The notes: generated from the sequence alone by a model not told the origin. 64,000 nucleotides of DNA from Candidatus Hydrogenedentota bacterium (GCA_963668025.2 CAXXTH010000010.1:96001-160000); one strand, 5' to 3'. Counted from the stretch's first letter, positions 49,866 to 60,425 are shown. Made by a program: numbers and translations.

Positions 49866-50867
49866 CTAAAAGCTTTGTAGCAATTCTTCCAGGCACACCG
49901 GTGCAGTGCCGATTTTTCCTACCACCACGCCTGCGGCGTGATTCGAGATAATCGCGGCGTCTTCGGGTGGCGCGCCGCCCAGCAGGGCCAGGATGTACGA
50001 CGCGATCACCGTGTCGCCCGCGCCTGATACATCAAATACTTCCTTGGCGCGGGTGGGAATGTGCAGCGGTGGTTTGCTTTCACGGAAAAGAGCCATGCCG
50101 CCCGGCCCTAGGGTGATCAAAGTCTGCTCGGCGTTCCAGCTTCGGCGCAAGGCGTCCACCACGCGAAGCAGCGGTTCATCCTGCTCGATGGGCAGAACGA
50201 GTTCTGTGTAGTATACGCCCGCCATGGCGAAGGCTTCCCGCCGGTTCGGCGTGATGAGGGAAAGCCCCGGCGTGACAAATTGGGCATGGGCGGGATGGGG
50301 GTCCAGAGCGGCGGGAATCGCGTGCCGATGGGCGAGCGACGCCACTTTGGCAAGCAGCGTGCGGCTCAATGCGCCCTTGGCGTAATCCTCGATGATGATG
50401 GCGTCGATCCGTCCCGCCGACACTTCCGCTTCGAGCCGCGCCGCCAGTTCCTGTTCCTGCATTTCCGCCAGCGGATGCACATCTTCCGTATCGACCCGTA
50501 CGACTTGCTGGTTACCCGCGATAATGCGGGTCTTTTCCGTCGTGCGGCGGTGTTCATCCACGAGTACGCCCGATAAATCGATGGACAGCTCATGCAGCAA
50601 ATTGCGCAAATCTTGTGCATTGGCGTCGCCGCCGACTACGCCAAAGGCCGCTGCTTGCGCGCCTAGGCAGGCGATGTTGCGCAAGGCATTGGCCGCGCCG
50701 CCGGGGGAAACCGAGGTATGGTCCACAACCACTATCGGCACGGGCGCTTCCGGGGAAATACGGGACGCGCTGCCCCATGAGTATCTATCCAAAATCAGGT
50801 CGCCTACCACGGCCACCCGCTTGCCTTTCCAGCGTTCCGCTACTGCTTGGACGTAACTGGCTTCCAA
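49866..50867 (-). CDS. rfaE1: D-glycero-beta-D-manno-heptose-7-phosphate kinase (HldE kinase domain, PfkB family)
   Basis: GDLILDRY, RISPEAPVP, GGAAN, DYAKG, TPNRRE, DVSGAGDT. Confidence 0.9.
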   Translation of the reverse strand: MEASYVQAVAERWKGKRVAVVGDLILDRYSWGSASRISPEAPVPIVVVDHTSVSPGGAANALRNIACLGAQAAAFGVVGGDANAQDLRNLLHELSIDLSGVLVDEHRRTTEKTRIIAGNQQVVRVDTEDVHPLAEMQEQELAARLEAEVSAGRIDAIIIEDYAKGALSRTLLAKVASLAHRHAIPAALDPHPAHAQFVTPGLSLITPNRREAFAMAGVYYTELVLPIEQDEPLLRVVDALRRSWNAEQTLITLGPGGMALFRESKPPLHIPTRAKEVFDVSGAGDTVIASYILALLGGAPPEDAAIISNHAAGVVVGKIGTAPVCLEELLQSF

Positions 50868-50960
50868 TATGCATCTCCAAATGTGCGTTTCCCGGATATT
50901 TCATCACGAAGATACGAAGAACGCGAAGGATTATACCCCAAATTAAACAGAGCCAGATTT

Positions 50961-51023
50961 GTAGGGTGGGGCTTGCCCCACCATAACCTGCCACCTTGAA
51001 CGGTGGGGCAAGCCCCACCCTAC
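50961..51023. repeat. REPIN-like inverted doublet of GTAG REPs
   Basis: GTAGGGTGGGGCTTGCCCCACC-19 bp-GGTGGGGCAAGCCCCACCCTAC. Confidence 0.9.
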
Positions 51024-51117
51024 ATCTTTTGTATTACGTGATCTGTGGAATCCACATCTCAGTTCGAGGACAGTTTATCAAGAAACGGGAATGCACGTAA
51101 ACGCAAAAACAAGCAAA

Positions 51118-52515
51118 TCATATATGGATGGCGCGTCCATCCACGGCCAGCGCCGCTTCTTTCAAGGCTTCAGCGAGCGTGGGGTGCGCATGGCAGGTCC
51201 GGGCGATGTCTTCGCTGCTCGCGCCGAATGCCATGGCCGCCGCCGCCTCGGCGATAAGGTCGCCCGCGCGCGGCCCGAGGATATGCACGCCCAACACGCG
51301 GTCCGTATGCGCATCCGCAAGCACTTTGACAATGCCCTGCGTTTCTCCTAAGGCCTGCGCCCGGCCATTGGCCAGGAAGGGGAATGTCCCTGCGCGGTAT
51401 TCGATGCCCGATTCTTTCAAGGCGTCTTCCGTCTTGCCCACGGAGGCAAGCTCGGGGTGGGTATAGCACACGGCGGGAATAGCGTCGTAATTCACATGGC
51501 CATAACCGGTGGCGATACGCTCGACGCAAGCGATGCCCTCCTCTTCGGCCTTGTGGGCAAGCATGGGCGGCGTGAAATCGGCGAAGGTGATGGCGTCGCC
51601 GATGGCATATATGCCCTCCGCCTGCGTGGCGTAATGGCTGTTCACGAGAATGCGGCCTCGTTTATCGCATGCGACGCCTACGGCCTCAAGGCCAAGCCCC
51701 TGCGTATACGGCGCGCGCCCTACCGCTAACAGCACATGGCTGCAATGGATAGGGTCCGCGCTTTCGGCCTCGACTACGCAGCCTGCTCCATTGCGCCGCG
51801 CGGCGGTGACCTTCGCTCCTAGATGAAACATGAAGCTCTGTTTCAGGAAAAGCTTGTATGCTTCTTCGGCGAGTGGACTGTCCATGCCGGGCAGAATGCG
51901 GGGCAGGTATTCGAGCACGGTCACTTTTGCGCCCAGGCGCAGCCATACGGAACCCAATTCGAGGCCGATATACCCCGCACCGATGATCACCAAATACTCT
52001 GGTACTTCGGGATACGACAAGGCTTCCGTGCTCGTGCCGATGCGGCCGCCATCCAACTCGACGCCGGGCAGGCCCGCCGATTCGCTGCCCGTAGCGATGA
52101 GGATGTGCGTGGCGGACAGCTCGCCCTCGTCGGGGCCATCCACGGACACCCGCCCCTGCCCCGCGATGCGGCCGTGTCCATGATATCGCTTAATCTGGTT
52201 TCGCTTGAGAAGCAAGGCTACCCCGCCAGCGAGTTTTTGCACGACAGCGTCTTTGCGGGCCAGCATTTTAGCTAAGTTGAGGTGAACGCCCTCGACTTCG
52301 ACGCCGTGCCCGCCCAACTGCGTGCGGGCTTCGATGTAGCGCTCACTAGATTCCAGGAGGGCTTTACTGGGTATGCAGCCGACACGCAGGCACGTGCCGC
52401 CGCATTCCGGTTCCTTCTCGATGCAGGCCACATGCATACCCAGTTGAGCGGCGCGAATGGCGGCGGCATACCCGCCAGGTCCAGCGCCAATCACGGCAAG
52501 GTCATATGTCTCCAT
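51118..52515 (-). CDS. lpdA: Dihydrolipoyl dehydrogenase
   Basis: GAGPGGY, GGTCLRVGCIPSK, GAGYIGLE, HAHPTLAE; start at METYDL with GGGAG RBS. Confidence 0.95.
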   Translation of the reverse strand: METYDLAVIGAGPGGYAAAIRAAQLGMHVACIEKEPECGGTCLRVGCIPSKALLESSERYIEARTQLGGHGVEVEGVHLNLAKMLARKDAVVQKLAGGVALLLKRNQIKRYHGHGRIAGQGRVSVDGPDEGELSATHILIATGSESAGLPGVELDGGRIGTSTEALSYPEVPEYLVIIGAGYIGLELGSVWLRLGAKVTVLEYLPRILPGMDSPLAEEAYKLFLKQSFMFHLGAKVTAARRNGAGCVVEAESADPIHCSHVLLAVGRAPYTQGLGLEAVGVACDKRGRILVNSHYATQAEGIYAIGDAITFADFTPPMLAHKAEEEGIACVERIATGYGHVNYDAIPAVCYTHPELASVGKTEDALKESGIEYRAGTFPFLANGRAQALGETQGIVKVLADAHTDRVLGVHILGPRAGDLIAEAAAAMAFGASSEDIARTCHAHPTLAEALKEAALAVDGRAIHI

Positions 52516-52933
52516 AAGGCTCCCCTTTGTAGGCCGCGCCAGCGGCGGCATGGGGTGAAAGGAACCATTTATGCTTGAATTAGAGCATATGGACGTATAA
52601 AACACCAAATATCCGAACCGGCAAGTTTTGGTTCTTATTCCGGATCTTTCACCACGATATCCCAAGGCACGTAGAACGAAGGGAGGAATTCCTTGTGTCT
52701 TTGCGCCTTGATGGTGTAAAAAATGATGGCTGGGAAATGACGCCATGCATGAGGAGCAGGCAAAATCCGCCAACAGGCTGATGCGGCCACGGAATTTCTG
52801 GATTATTTGACTTAAGACATAAAATTATGCTAAGTTCCCCGCCGCTTAATTCATATCTCGAAATACGGTTTTTCGAGTCTTTACAGTGGCACGGCCCGCT
52901 GGGTGCCGCGCTTTTTTATGTTGCAGGTGCCAT

Positions 52934-53743
52934 ATGAGCAAGATGAAAGTTGGCCTTATCGGCTGTGGAAATATCGGCGCGGATCTATGCATCGCGTTGC
53001 AGCGCGGAGAGATAGAGGCGGAGATATGCGCTCTCACCGATATCGATGAGAGCCATGCCGAGAGATTAAAGCGTTCTTTTCTTCTGGATGCGGCCATATG
53101 TCCGCTGGAAGAAAATGTGGCCATGTCTGATTTCGTGGTGGAATGCGCCGCCGCGGACGCCGTGAGGGATGTTGTTGAAACCGCCATCCGCCATGGCAAG
53201 GATTGCTTGGTGATCAGTATCGGTGGCCTGATGGATCATCAGGATTTGTTCGAGAAAGCGCGGAGCAATCGCCGGAGGATCTGGCTGCCCTCTGGGGCAT
53301 TATGCGGCTTGGACGGTGTCCGCGCCGCTGCGGAAGCGGGGCTGCATTTGGTGCAGCTCACGACGCGCAAGCCGCCGAAAGGGCTCGAAGGCGCGCCGTA
53401 TTTGGTTGAAAATGGCATTGACTTGAACAACCTGTCGGCTGCGATGGTGGTGTTTGAAGGTTCGGCGCGGGAAGCATGCCATGCGTTTCCGAAGAATGTG
53501 AACGTGGCCGCGGCGCTGAGTTTCGCGGGCGTGGGCCCCGAACAAACGCGGGTGCGCGTGATTGCGGATCCAGCCGCTACGGCCAATTCGCATGAAATTA
53601 TTGCGGAAGGGGCTTTTGGACGCCTGGTGGCGATGACGGAGAATCTGCCGTCGCCCCGCAATATCAAATCGAGCTATCTTGCCTCCCTGTCGGCGGTGGC
53701 CGAGTTGAGGGTGGCTGCGGAGTCGTTTAGGGCGCGCAACTAA
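52934..53743 (+). CDS. nadX: L-aspartate dehydrogenase
   Basis: GLIGCGNIG, VVECA, PSGALCGLD, TTRKPP, FPKNVNVAAA, N.HEI, NLPSPRNIKSS. Confidence 0.9.
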   Translation: MSKMKVGLIGCGNIGADLCIALQRGEIEAEICALTDIDESHAERLKRSFLLDAAICPLEENVAMSDFVVECAAADAVRDVVETAIRHGKDCLVISIGGLMDHQDLFEKARSNRRRIWLPSGALCGLDGVRAAAEAGLHLVQLTTRKPPKGLEGAPYLVENGIDLNNLSAAMVVFEGSAREACHAFPKNVNVAAALSFAGVGPEQTRVRVIADPAATANSHEIIAEGAFGRLVAMTENLPSPRNIKSSYLASLSAVAELRVAAESFRARN

Positions 53744-53781
53744 TACGCTGCCGGTGGCGGCGGGATAATGGAGAACGAGCA

Positions 53782-54093
53782 ATGTATGCAGTGGTGACTA
53801 CGGGAGGCAAACAGTTTCGGCTCGCCGAGGGCGACCGCGTGCGGGTTGCGCGGATTGATGCGCCCGTGGGCGACACCATCGAGCTGGACAAGGTGTGCCT
53901 GCTGGCGAAAGAAGATGGCCTAGTGGCCGATGCGGCGTCGCTTGCGAGCGCGCGCGTAGTATGTGAAGTGGTGGCCCATGATCGCGCCAAGAAAATCCGC
54001 GTGTTCAAAAAGAAACGCAAAAAAAATTACACGCGCACACAAGGGCACCGGCAAGATTACACCGAACTGAAAATACAAGCCATTAAGGCGTAA
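53782..54093 (+). CDS. rplU: 50S ribosomal protein L21
   Basis: MYAVVTTGGKQF...GHRQDYT. Confidence 0.97.
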   Translation: MYAVVTTGGKQFRLAEGDRVRVARIDAPVGDTIELDKVCLLAKEDGLVADAASLASARVVCEVVAHDRAKKIRVFKKKRKKNYTRTQGHRQDYTELKIQAIKA

Positions 54094-54126
54094 GCAAGCC
54101 AGCAAGGCGTAAGGGAGAAGGGCGAA

Positions 54127-54393
54127 ATGGCTCATAAGAAAGCGGGCGGCAGTTCTCGCAACGGCCGCGATAGTAATTCGCAACGCTTAGGCGTGAAAAA
54201 ATATGGCGGCGAAGCCGTGCGCGCGGGCAATATTATCGTGCGCCAGCGCGGCACCAAGATCCGCCCGGGAATTAACGTGGGCCTCGGCCGCGATGACACG
54301 CTGTTCGCGTTGGCGGATGGAGTCATTCGATTCCGTCAAGTCACCCGCGAACGCAAATGCGTGGATGTGCTTGCCGTGGAGATTGTTGAGTAG
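54127..54393 (+). CDS. rpmA: 50S ribosomal protein L27
   Basis: [29 protein letters not shown]. Confidence 0.97.
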   Translation: MAHKKAGGSSRNGRDSNSQRLGVKKYGGEAVRAGNIIVRQRGTKIRPGINVGLGRDDTLFALADGVIRFRQVTRERKCVDVLAVEIVE

Positions 54394-54423
54394 CACGGAG
54401 CCTTCGGGCTCCGTCCAACCATT

Positions 54424-55677
54424 ATGCTCATCGATCGCGCGCGCATCAAAGTGATTGGCGGAAAGGGTGGCAACGGCTGTTGCAGCTTCCGCCGCGAGAA
54501 GTATGTGCCGCGTGGCGGCCCTGATGGGGGCGACGGCGGCAAGGGCGGCGATGTGTTCTTTTTCGCCGACCATCGGTTAACTTCCCTCCTGGATGTCCAA
54601 TTCCACGCCCATTGGAAGGGCGAATCAGGCATCCATGGCGGAGGCGGCAACCGCCATGGCAAATGTGGCGAGGATACGGATATCCATGTGCCGCCCGGCA
54701 CGATGGTTTTTGATTTTGAAACGGACGAGCCTATTGGCGATCTGACCCAGCAAGGACAGCGTTTGCTGGCCGCTAAGGGGGGCAGAGGCGGCAAAGGGAA
54801 TGCCCGTTTCTCCAGCTCGACCCACCAAGCGCCTCATTTCTCTGAAAAGGGAGAGCCGGGCGAGGAACGCGAGTTCCGCCTCGAACTCAAAATGATCGCC
54901 GATGTGGGCCTGGTCGGGCTTCCTAACGCGGGCAAATCCACCTTTCTTGCCGCCGCCACTGCGGCGCGGCCCAAAATCGCCGATTATCCTTTCACGACGC
55001 TTTCCCCAAATCTGGGCGTCGCCACGTTAAGCGGCTACCGGACCATCACCATCGCGGATATCCCAGGCATCATCGAAGGTGCGGCGGACGGACGCGGCTT
55101 GGGCCATGATTTTCTGCGCCACATCGAGCGGACCCGGGTGTTGTTGTTCCTGATTGATCTGGGCGATGAGGAGCCACTGGACACCTGCGGCATCCTAGAA
55201 GAAGAATTGGCGCAGCATAGTCTTGCTTTTGCGGATAAGCCGCGTATATATGTGCTGAACAAGGCGGATATCCCAGCGAATCGGGAGCGCTTCGAGGTCA
55301 TTTCCCGAGAATTTGATGCGCCGTTCCTTCTATCCGGAGCCACACACGAGGGCGTCGAGCCGCTGCTAGAACACTTGTGGACGCTGGTCGAGCGGGTCCG
55401 CTTGGAAGAAACCCTAACGCCGGATGTAGAAGTTGAACGGGAATACATTTATGAAGCTCCCTATGAGATTGAACGCGTGCCGGATGGATTCCGTATCGAA
55501 GGCAAAACGCTCATCCGCATGGTGCGCATGACGGATTTTGACAACGATGAGGCTGTCCGCCATTTACATGGCAAGCTTCAGCGCATGGGGGTCATCAAGG
55601 CGCTAAAGCGGATGGGCGCCCAGCAGGGCCACAATATCTATATCGACGAAGTGGAACTCGAGTATGAAGAGGAGTAG
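54424..55677 (+). CDS. obgE: GTPase ObgE/CgtA with C-terminal OCT domain
   Basis: Gly-rich Obg fold, GLPNAGKST, YPFTT, DIPG, NKAD. Confidence 0.96.
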   Translation: MLIDRARIKVIGGKGGNGCCSFRREKYVPRGGPDGGDGGKGGDVFFFADHRLTSLLDVQFHAHWKGESGIHGGGGNRHGKCGEDTDIHVPPGTMVFDFETDEPIGDLTQQGQRLLAAKGGRGGKGNARFSSSTHQAPHFSEKGEPGEEREFRLELKMIADVGLVGLPNAGKSTFLAAATAARPKIADYPFTTLSPNLGVATLSGYRTITIADIPGIIEGAADGRGLGHDFLRHIERTRVLLFLIDLGDEEPLDTCGILEEELAQHSLAFADKPRIYVLNKADIPANRERFEVISREFDAPFLLSGATHEGVEPLLEHLWTLVERVRLEETLTPDVEVEREYIYEAPYEIERVPDGFRIEGKTLIRMVRMTDFDNDEAVRHLHGKLQRMGVIKALKRMGAQQGHNIYIDEVELEYEEE

Positions 55678-55739
55678 GCTGGGCAAATCCGTGCGCGGGA
55701 TAACCTCGCCCCCTATGAACGGCTGAGAAGTAGTGCGAT

Positions 55740-56858
55740 ATGGAATCGAATATCAAGACGCTGGTGATTAAAATTGGCACCACCCTGCTGAGCGGCCCCA
55801 CTGGTTTTAACGGTTGCGTTCTGGAACAGCTCGTGAAAGAAATCGCGGCCTTAAAGCAGGAACGCGCCATCAACATCCTGGTGGTTTCGTCAGGGGCTAT
55901 CGGCTGCGGCATGAACGCTCTAGGCATGAAGGAGCGGCCCAAAGTGCTGCCCCTTAAGCAAGCGACGGCGGCCATTGGCCAAGCCAAGCTGATGCATTTT
56001 TATGAAACCCTCTTCCGCCTGTATGGAAATGGCCTTTGCACGGCCCAAGTGCTGATCACCGCCCAGGAACTGGATGACCGGGTGACCTATCTGAACATTC
56101 GGAACACCTTCCATGCGCTCTTCGATTTGAACCAAGTCATTCCCATTTTGAATGAGAATGATTCGGTGGCGACCGAAGAGTTGCGTTTTGGCGATAATGA
56201 CACGCTGGCGGCGCGCGTGGCGGTGAAAGTCGGGGCGGACCTGCTCATCTTGTTGAGCGATATCGACGGGCTTTACGATAAAAATCCCCGCACGCATCCG
56301 AATGCAACACTCATCGAGAAAGTAAACGGAGTCACTGCGGAGATTACCGCCCTGGCGGAAGACACCGGCACGGAAACCTCGATTGGCGGCATGCACACGA
56401 AGCTCAATGCCGCGAAAATCGCAGGCGCCGCAGGCCTGCCAATGGCCATTGCGGATGGCCGCCGCGAAGGCATCATCCACAGTATCCTGGCTGGCCAGGG
56501 CCCCATGACTTGGTTTGAATCTTCCGGCCATGGCTTGCCCTTGCGCAAGCGCTGGATCGCCTTTGGCCGCGCCACACGCGGGGTCATTGTCGTGGACGAC
56601 GGCGCGAGCGAAGCGGTGTTGCGTAAAGGCAAGAGCTTGCTGGCGGCGGGCATCGTCGAGGTATGCGGGAATTTTCACGAAGGTGACGCCGTGCGGGTAT
56701 CAGACCGGTCTGGCCGGGCCATCGCGAAAGGCATCGCCAATTATAACAGTGAGCAAGTGGAACGCATCAAAGGATGTAAGAGCCGCGAAATCAAGGCGGT
56801 TCTGGGCCGCAAGGATTTTGACGAAGTGATCCACCGGGACAACCTCGTGCTGTTGTAA
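55740..56858 (+). CDS. proB: Glutamate 5-kinase with PUA domain
   Basis: VIKIGT, VSSGAI, NEND, FGDNDTL, GGM.TK, IHRDNLV. Confidence 0.95.
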   Translation: MESNIKTLVIKIGTTLLSGPTGFNGCVLEQLVKEIAALKQERAINILVVSSGAIGCGMNALGMKERPKVLPLKQATAAIGQAKLMHFYETLFRLYGNGLCTAQVLITAQELDDRVTYLNIRNTFHALFDLNQVIPILNENDSVATEELRFGDNDTLAARVAVKVGADLLILLSDIDGLYDKNPRTHPNATLIEKVNGVTAEITALAEDTGTETSIGGMHTKLNAAKIAGAAGLPMAIADGRREGIIHSILAGQGPMTWFESSGHGLPLRKRWIAFGRATRGVIVVDDGASEAVLRKGKSLLAAGIVEVCGNFHEGDAVRVSDRSGRAIAKGIANYNSEQVERIKGCKSREIKAVLGRKDFDEVIHRDNLVLL

Positions 56859-57087
56859 GAGAAACAAAGCGTTTTTTGAGGAACCGTGAATAGACGCGTA
56901 TGAACGCGTAAATATGATCTGCAAGGTTTGCATTTCCCGTGGCATGGGCGTCTCGCCCATGGGCTTGGCCGGAGCAGCCATGCCGCTAAAATTCCATCAC
57001 GGCTAATTTGGAATGCATTGGATCATGCTAAATCGTTGCGAGAAGCTACGCTGAAGCACGCTCCATAGGGCTGATATACTCATTTCA

Positions 57088-57110
57088 CCCCGGCTAAAGC
57101 CGGGCGCTAC
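57088..57110 (-). repeat. GTAG-type REP of a further family
   Basis: Minus strand GTAGCGCCCGGCTTTAGCCGGG; single copy seen. Confidence 0.55.
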
Positions 57111-57184
57111 GTAGAAGCCTGTAAAAAGGGAATTGCTGTATTTAGTGGTTGTTGTCGGCGGCGAATTTGTGCAGGAGATGGGCC

Positions 57185-58438
57185 ATGGCGTTACACGATG
57201 ATATCCAGTGTATCGGAAAGCAGGCGCGCGCCGCTTCGAACGCGCTGCGCACGTTATCGAGCCAAGTTAAAGACCATGCGCTTCAGCGCATCGCGCAAGG
57301 CCTGTGCGAGCAATCTGGTTTTCTCAAGGAAGCCAACCAGAAGGATCTCGCCGCCGGACGCGAAAAAGGCTTGTCGTCCGCCATGCTGGACCGGCTCGAA
57401 CTGACGGATAAGGCCATCGCGGCCATGGCGCAAGGATTGCGCGAAGTCGCGGCGCTGCCGGATCCGGTAGGCGAGATCGTAAGCCAAACGATTCGCCCCA
57501 ACGGCCTGCGCATCGCCCAGATCCGCCAGCCGCTCGGCGTCGTGGGCATTATCTATGAAAGCCGCCCGAACGTGACCGCCGACGCTGCGGCGCTATGTTT
57601 GAAATCGGGCAACGCCACGATTCTGCGGGGCGGCTCGGAAGCGATCCACTCGAATCTCGCTATTGCCCAGGTCTTTATGGAAGGCGCGCGGCAAGCGGGC
57701 GTCCCCGAACATGCCATCCAGATGATCAACACGACCGACCGCGCCGCCGTGGGCGAAATGCTGAAGATGAGCGAATACATTGATGTCATCGTGCCGCGCG
57801 GGGGCAAAGGGCTTATCGAACGTATCTACGCCGAATCGCGCATACCAGTGGTCGCGCATTTGGACGGCATCTGCCACACCTATGTGCATGACGATGCGAA
57901 TCTGGAAATGGCCCGCACGATTTGTTTCAACGCGAAAATGCAGCGGACCGGCGTTTGCAACACCATGGAGACACTGCTGGTGCATGCAGGCATCGCGAAG
58001 CAATTTTTGCCGGAGATGGCGGCGCAATTCGAGCAGGCCGGATGCGAACTGCGGGGATGTGAGCGGACCCAGGCCATTATCACATGCAAGCCCGCCACGG
58101 AATCGGATTGGTCCACGGAATACCTTGACGCCATATTGTCTATTCGAGTGGTGGACGGGCTTGAGGAGGCCATCGAGCATATCAACCAATATGGGTCGCA
58201 CCATTCGGACGCCATCGTGACGGAGGGATATGCGGCAGCCGAACGATTCCTGGATGCGGTGGACAGCGCCACGGTATATGTCAATGCCTCGACGCGCTTC
58301 ACGGATGGATTCCAGTTTGGCTTGGGCGCGGAGATCGGCATCAGCACGAGCAAGCTGCATTGCCGCGGCCCCATGGCCCTGAAGGAACTCACGAGCCTGA
58401 AGTACATTATCCGGGGCGCGGGCCAAATTCGGGAATAG
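57185..58438 (+). CDS. proA: Gamma-glutamyl phosphate reductase
   Basis: [43 protein letters not shown]. Confidence 0.95.
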   Translation: MALHDDIQCIGKQARAASNALRTLSSQVKDHALQRIAQGLCEQSGFLKEANQKDLAAGREKGLSSAMLDRLELTDKAIAAMAQGLREVAALPDPVGEIVSQTIRPNGLRIAQIRQPLGVVGIIYESRPNVTADAAALCLKSGNATILRGGSEAIHSNLAIAQVFMEGARQAGVPEHAIQMINTTDRAAVGEMLKMSEYIDVIVPRGGKGLIERIYAESRIPVVAHLDGICHTYVHDDANLEMARTICFNAKMQRTGVCNTMETLLVHAGIAKQFLPEMAAQFEQAGCELRGCERTQAIITCKPATESDWSTEYLDAILSIRVVDGLEEAIEHINQYGSHHSDAIVTEGYAAAERFLDAVDSATVYVNASTRFTDGFQFGLGAEIGISTSKLHCRGPMALKELTSLKYIIRGAGQIRE

Positions 58439-58448
58439 GTAGCGGCGA

Positions 58449-59063
58449 TTGGACAACACAACAACAACCCAAGCGCGGCAGCGCATCGGCGTGTATGGGG
58501 GCACGTTTGATCCCATCCATAATGCGCATATCGCCATGGCGGAAACGGCGCGAGCAGAAAAACGTCTCGATACGGTGTTGTTCGTGGTGTCGGCGCGCCC
58601 GCCGCACAAATCCCAAGAAAAACCGGGCGCTTCGGCGGAAGAGCGCTATGACATGGTGCGCCTGGCGCTCGAGGGGCGTCCTGGACTCGATGCGAGCCGC
58701 ATCGAGCTCGACCGTTCTGGTCCGTCGTATATGGCGGATACGCTGGACGCCATTCATGCCCAGTATCCCGAAGCCCTCCTCTATCTCATTATCGGCATGG
58801 ATTCGCTGGCGGATCTGCCGCAGTGGCATCACTCCGGGCATATCCTCGAACTCGCCCAGCTTCTGGCGATTCCTCGCCCGGGGCAATGGAATATCGACCC
58901 ATCCATGAAAGGCCATTATGAAATCCTGCCATTCCGCCAGGTCGAGTTGTCGTCCACGGATGTGCGCCAGCGCATTCAAGCGGGTGGCGGACTCGATACG
59001 GTAGCGCCGGAGCCTGTCGTCCGATATATCCGGGAAAGGGGGCTCTATGCCGCTGTTCCATGA
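58449..59063 (+). CDS. nadD: Nicotinate-nucleotide adenylyltransferase
   Basis: GGTFDPIHNAH, PPHK, IIGMDS, LSSTDVR. Confidence 0.93.
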   Translation: MDNTTTTQARQRIGVYGGTFDPIHNAHIAMAETARAEKRLDTVLFVVSARPPHKSQEKPGASAEERYDMVRLALEGRPGLDASRIELDRSGPSYMADTLDAIHAQYPEALLYLIIGMDSLADLPQWHHSGHILELAQLLAIPRPGQWNIDPSMKGHYEILPFRQVELSSTDVRQRIQAGGGLDTVAPEPVVRYIRERGLYAAVP

Positions 59064-59652
59064 ACTCGACCGGTCCGAAGCATATGTGGCGCTGTTGCGT
59101 GAGCGTTTGCCAGAGAAGACGGTCCGCCATAGCATTTCGGTAGCATCTTGGGCGGATATTGTGGCGGCGGCGTCTGGCGTGGACCGTGAAAAGGCGGCCA
59201 CGGCCGCTTTGCTCCATGACCTGGAGAAAGGCCTCGGAGGGAAAGACCTGCTCAAAATGGCCAAAGACATGGGCCTGGATATTTCGGAGACACAGCGGGA
59301 AAAACCAAAGCTGCTGCATGGCTTCGTCGGTGCGGAAGAATGCCGCCGTTTGCTGGGCATCGAGGATGAAGAGATTCTCGATGCGATTCGCTGGCATACG
59401 ACAGGCTTGCCGGGATTGGGCCCCGTGGGCTTGGTGTTGTACTTCGCTGATTTTTCGGAGCCGTTGCGGGAGTATCTGGAAGCGCCGGAAGCGCGCCGCC
59501 TTTTCGAAGAGGACGGCCTGCACGAAGCCCTGTGCTTCGTGGCCTCGGCAAAACTCGAATACGCCCGCCGCAAGCCGCCGCTTGATCCCAATACGGAAGC
59601 ATTTGGCAATTGGCTGCATCGAATCCCGATGCTGCCGGGGGTGTCCGGGTGA
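59047..59652 (+). CDS. yqeK: HD-domain YqeK-family (symmetrical Ap4A hydrolase-like) protein
   Basis: HS..V, ALLHD, LLHG, HTTG, AD..EP.R; overlaps nadD. Confidence 0.85.
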   Translation: MPLFHELDRSEAYVALLRERLPEKTVRHSISVASWADIVAAASGVDREKAATAALLHDLEKGLGGKDLLKMAKDMGLDISETQREKPKLLHGFVGAEECRRLLGIEDEEILDAIRWHTTGLPGLGPVGLVLYFADFSEPLREYLEAPEARRLFEEDGLHEALCFVASAKLEYARRKPPLDPNTEAFGNWLHRIPMLPGVSG

Positions 59653-60425
59653 TGCGCGACGACTTTGAGGGCCTCGCACGGCATTACGATACACTGATGT
59701 CCCACGTCAATTATGAGCGATGGCTCATAGTGGCGTCCGAGCTGGCCTGCCTATTGCCCCAGCAGTTCCGCCATTTGGATGCCGCGTGCGGCACGGGCGT
59801 GCTCCTGAACAAATTACGCCATATTGGATGGAACACCACGGGCGCGGACCTGTCGGTTTCCATGCTAGATGTGGCGAGGCGGCGCCTGCCTGATGCGACG
59901 CTCGTGGCGGCGGATCTGCGGGCCATGCCGTATTTAGGCGCTTTTAACTATATCACGTGCCTGTTTGACAGCATCAACTTTCTGCTGGATGAAGCGGATT
60001 TGCAAACGGCGATGCGCAATATAGCCGCTGCGTTGAAACCGGGCGGCCTCGTGTATTTTGACGTGGTGACGGAGCGCATGGTGCTCCAGCATTTCGCCGA
60101 GCAGGAATGGACCGAAAGCCAAGGCCGCTTGCGTACGCGATGGGTCTGCCAATATGACCGGGCCAAACGCATTTCGCGTTCGGATATTTATGTAGGAAGC
60201 GGCCCCGCGCGGACCATTCTCGAGCGTATTTATGAGCCAGAACAGATCGAAAATGCCTTACACGCCGCAGGCTTCGAATTACTCGGCGCGTTTGACGCCG
60301 AAACTTGGCGGCCTGTTGGGCGCAGAACGGTCCGGATCGATTACGTGGCCGTGAAGGGTGAAGCAGCGCCATTTGCCCGGCAGATGGAAGGGGTGAAAGG
60401 GCGCGTCCGCTTTCTTATGCGCTGA
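59652..60425 (+). CDS. Class I SAM-dependent methyltransferase (YqeM-like)
   Basis: YD.LM..V.Y..W, LDAACGTG, DLS..ML, C.FDSINF, LKPGG; TGATG overlap with yqeK. Confidence 0.88.
   Translation: MRDDFEGLARHYDTLMSHVNYERWLIVASELACLLPQQFRHLDAACGTGVLLNKLRHIGWNTTGADLSVSMLDVARRRLPDATLVAADLRAMPYLGAFNYITCLFDSINFLLDEADLQTAMRNIAAALKPGGLVYFDVVTERMVLQHFAEQEWTESQGRLRTRWVCQYDRAKRISRSDIYVGSGPARTILERIYEPEQIENALHAAGFELLGAFDAETWRPVGRRTVRIDYVAVKGEAAPFARQMEGVKGRVRFLMR

Noticed and set aside
54396-54415. Terminator between rpmA and obgE
   Set aside because: The hairpin ACGGAGCC-TTCG-GGCTCCGT has no U-tract and sits 8 bp before obgE; it is more likely a stabilising or processing stem.
43986-56911. CRISPR array suggested by short periodic repeats
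   Set aside because: There are no identical 25-40-bp direct repeats with unique spacers and no cas genes; the repeats are inverted pairs.
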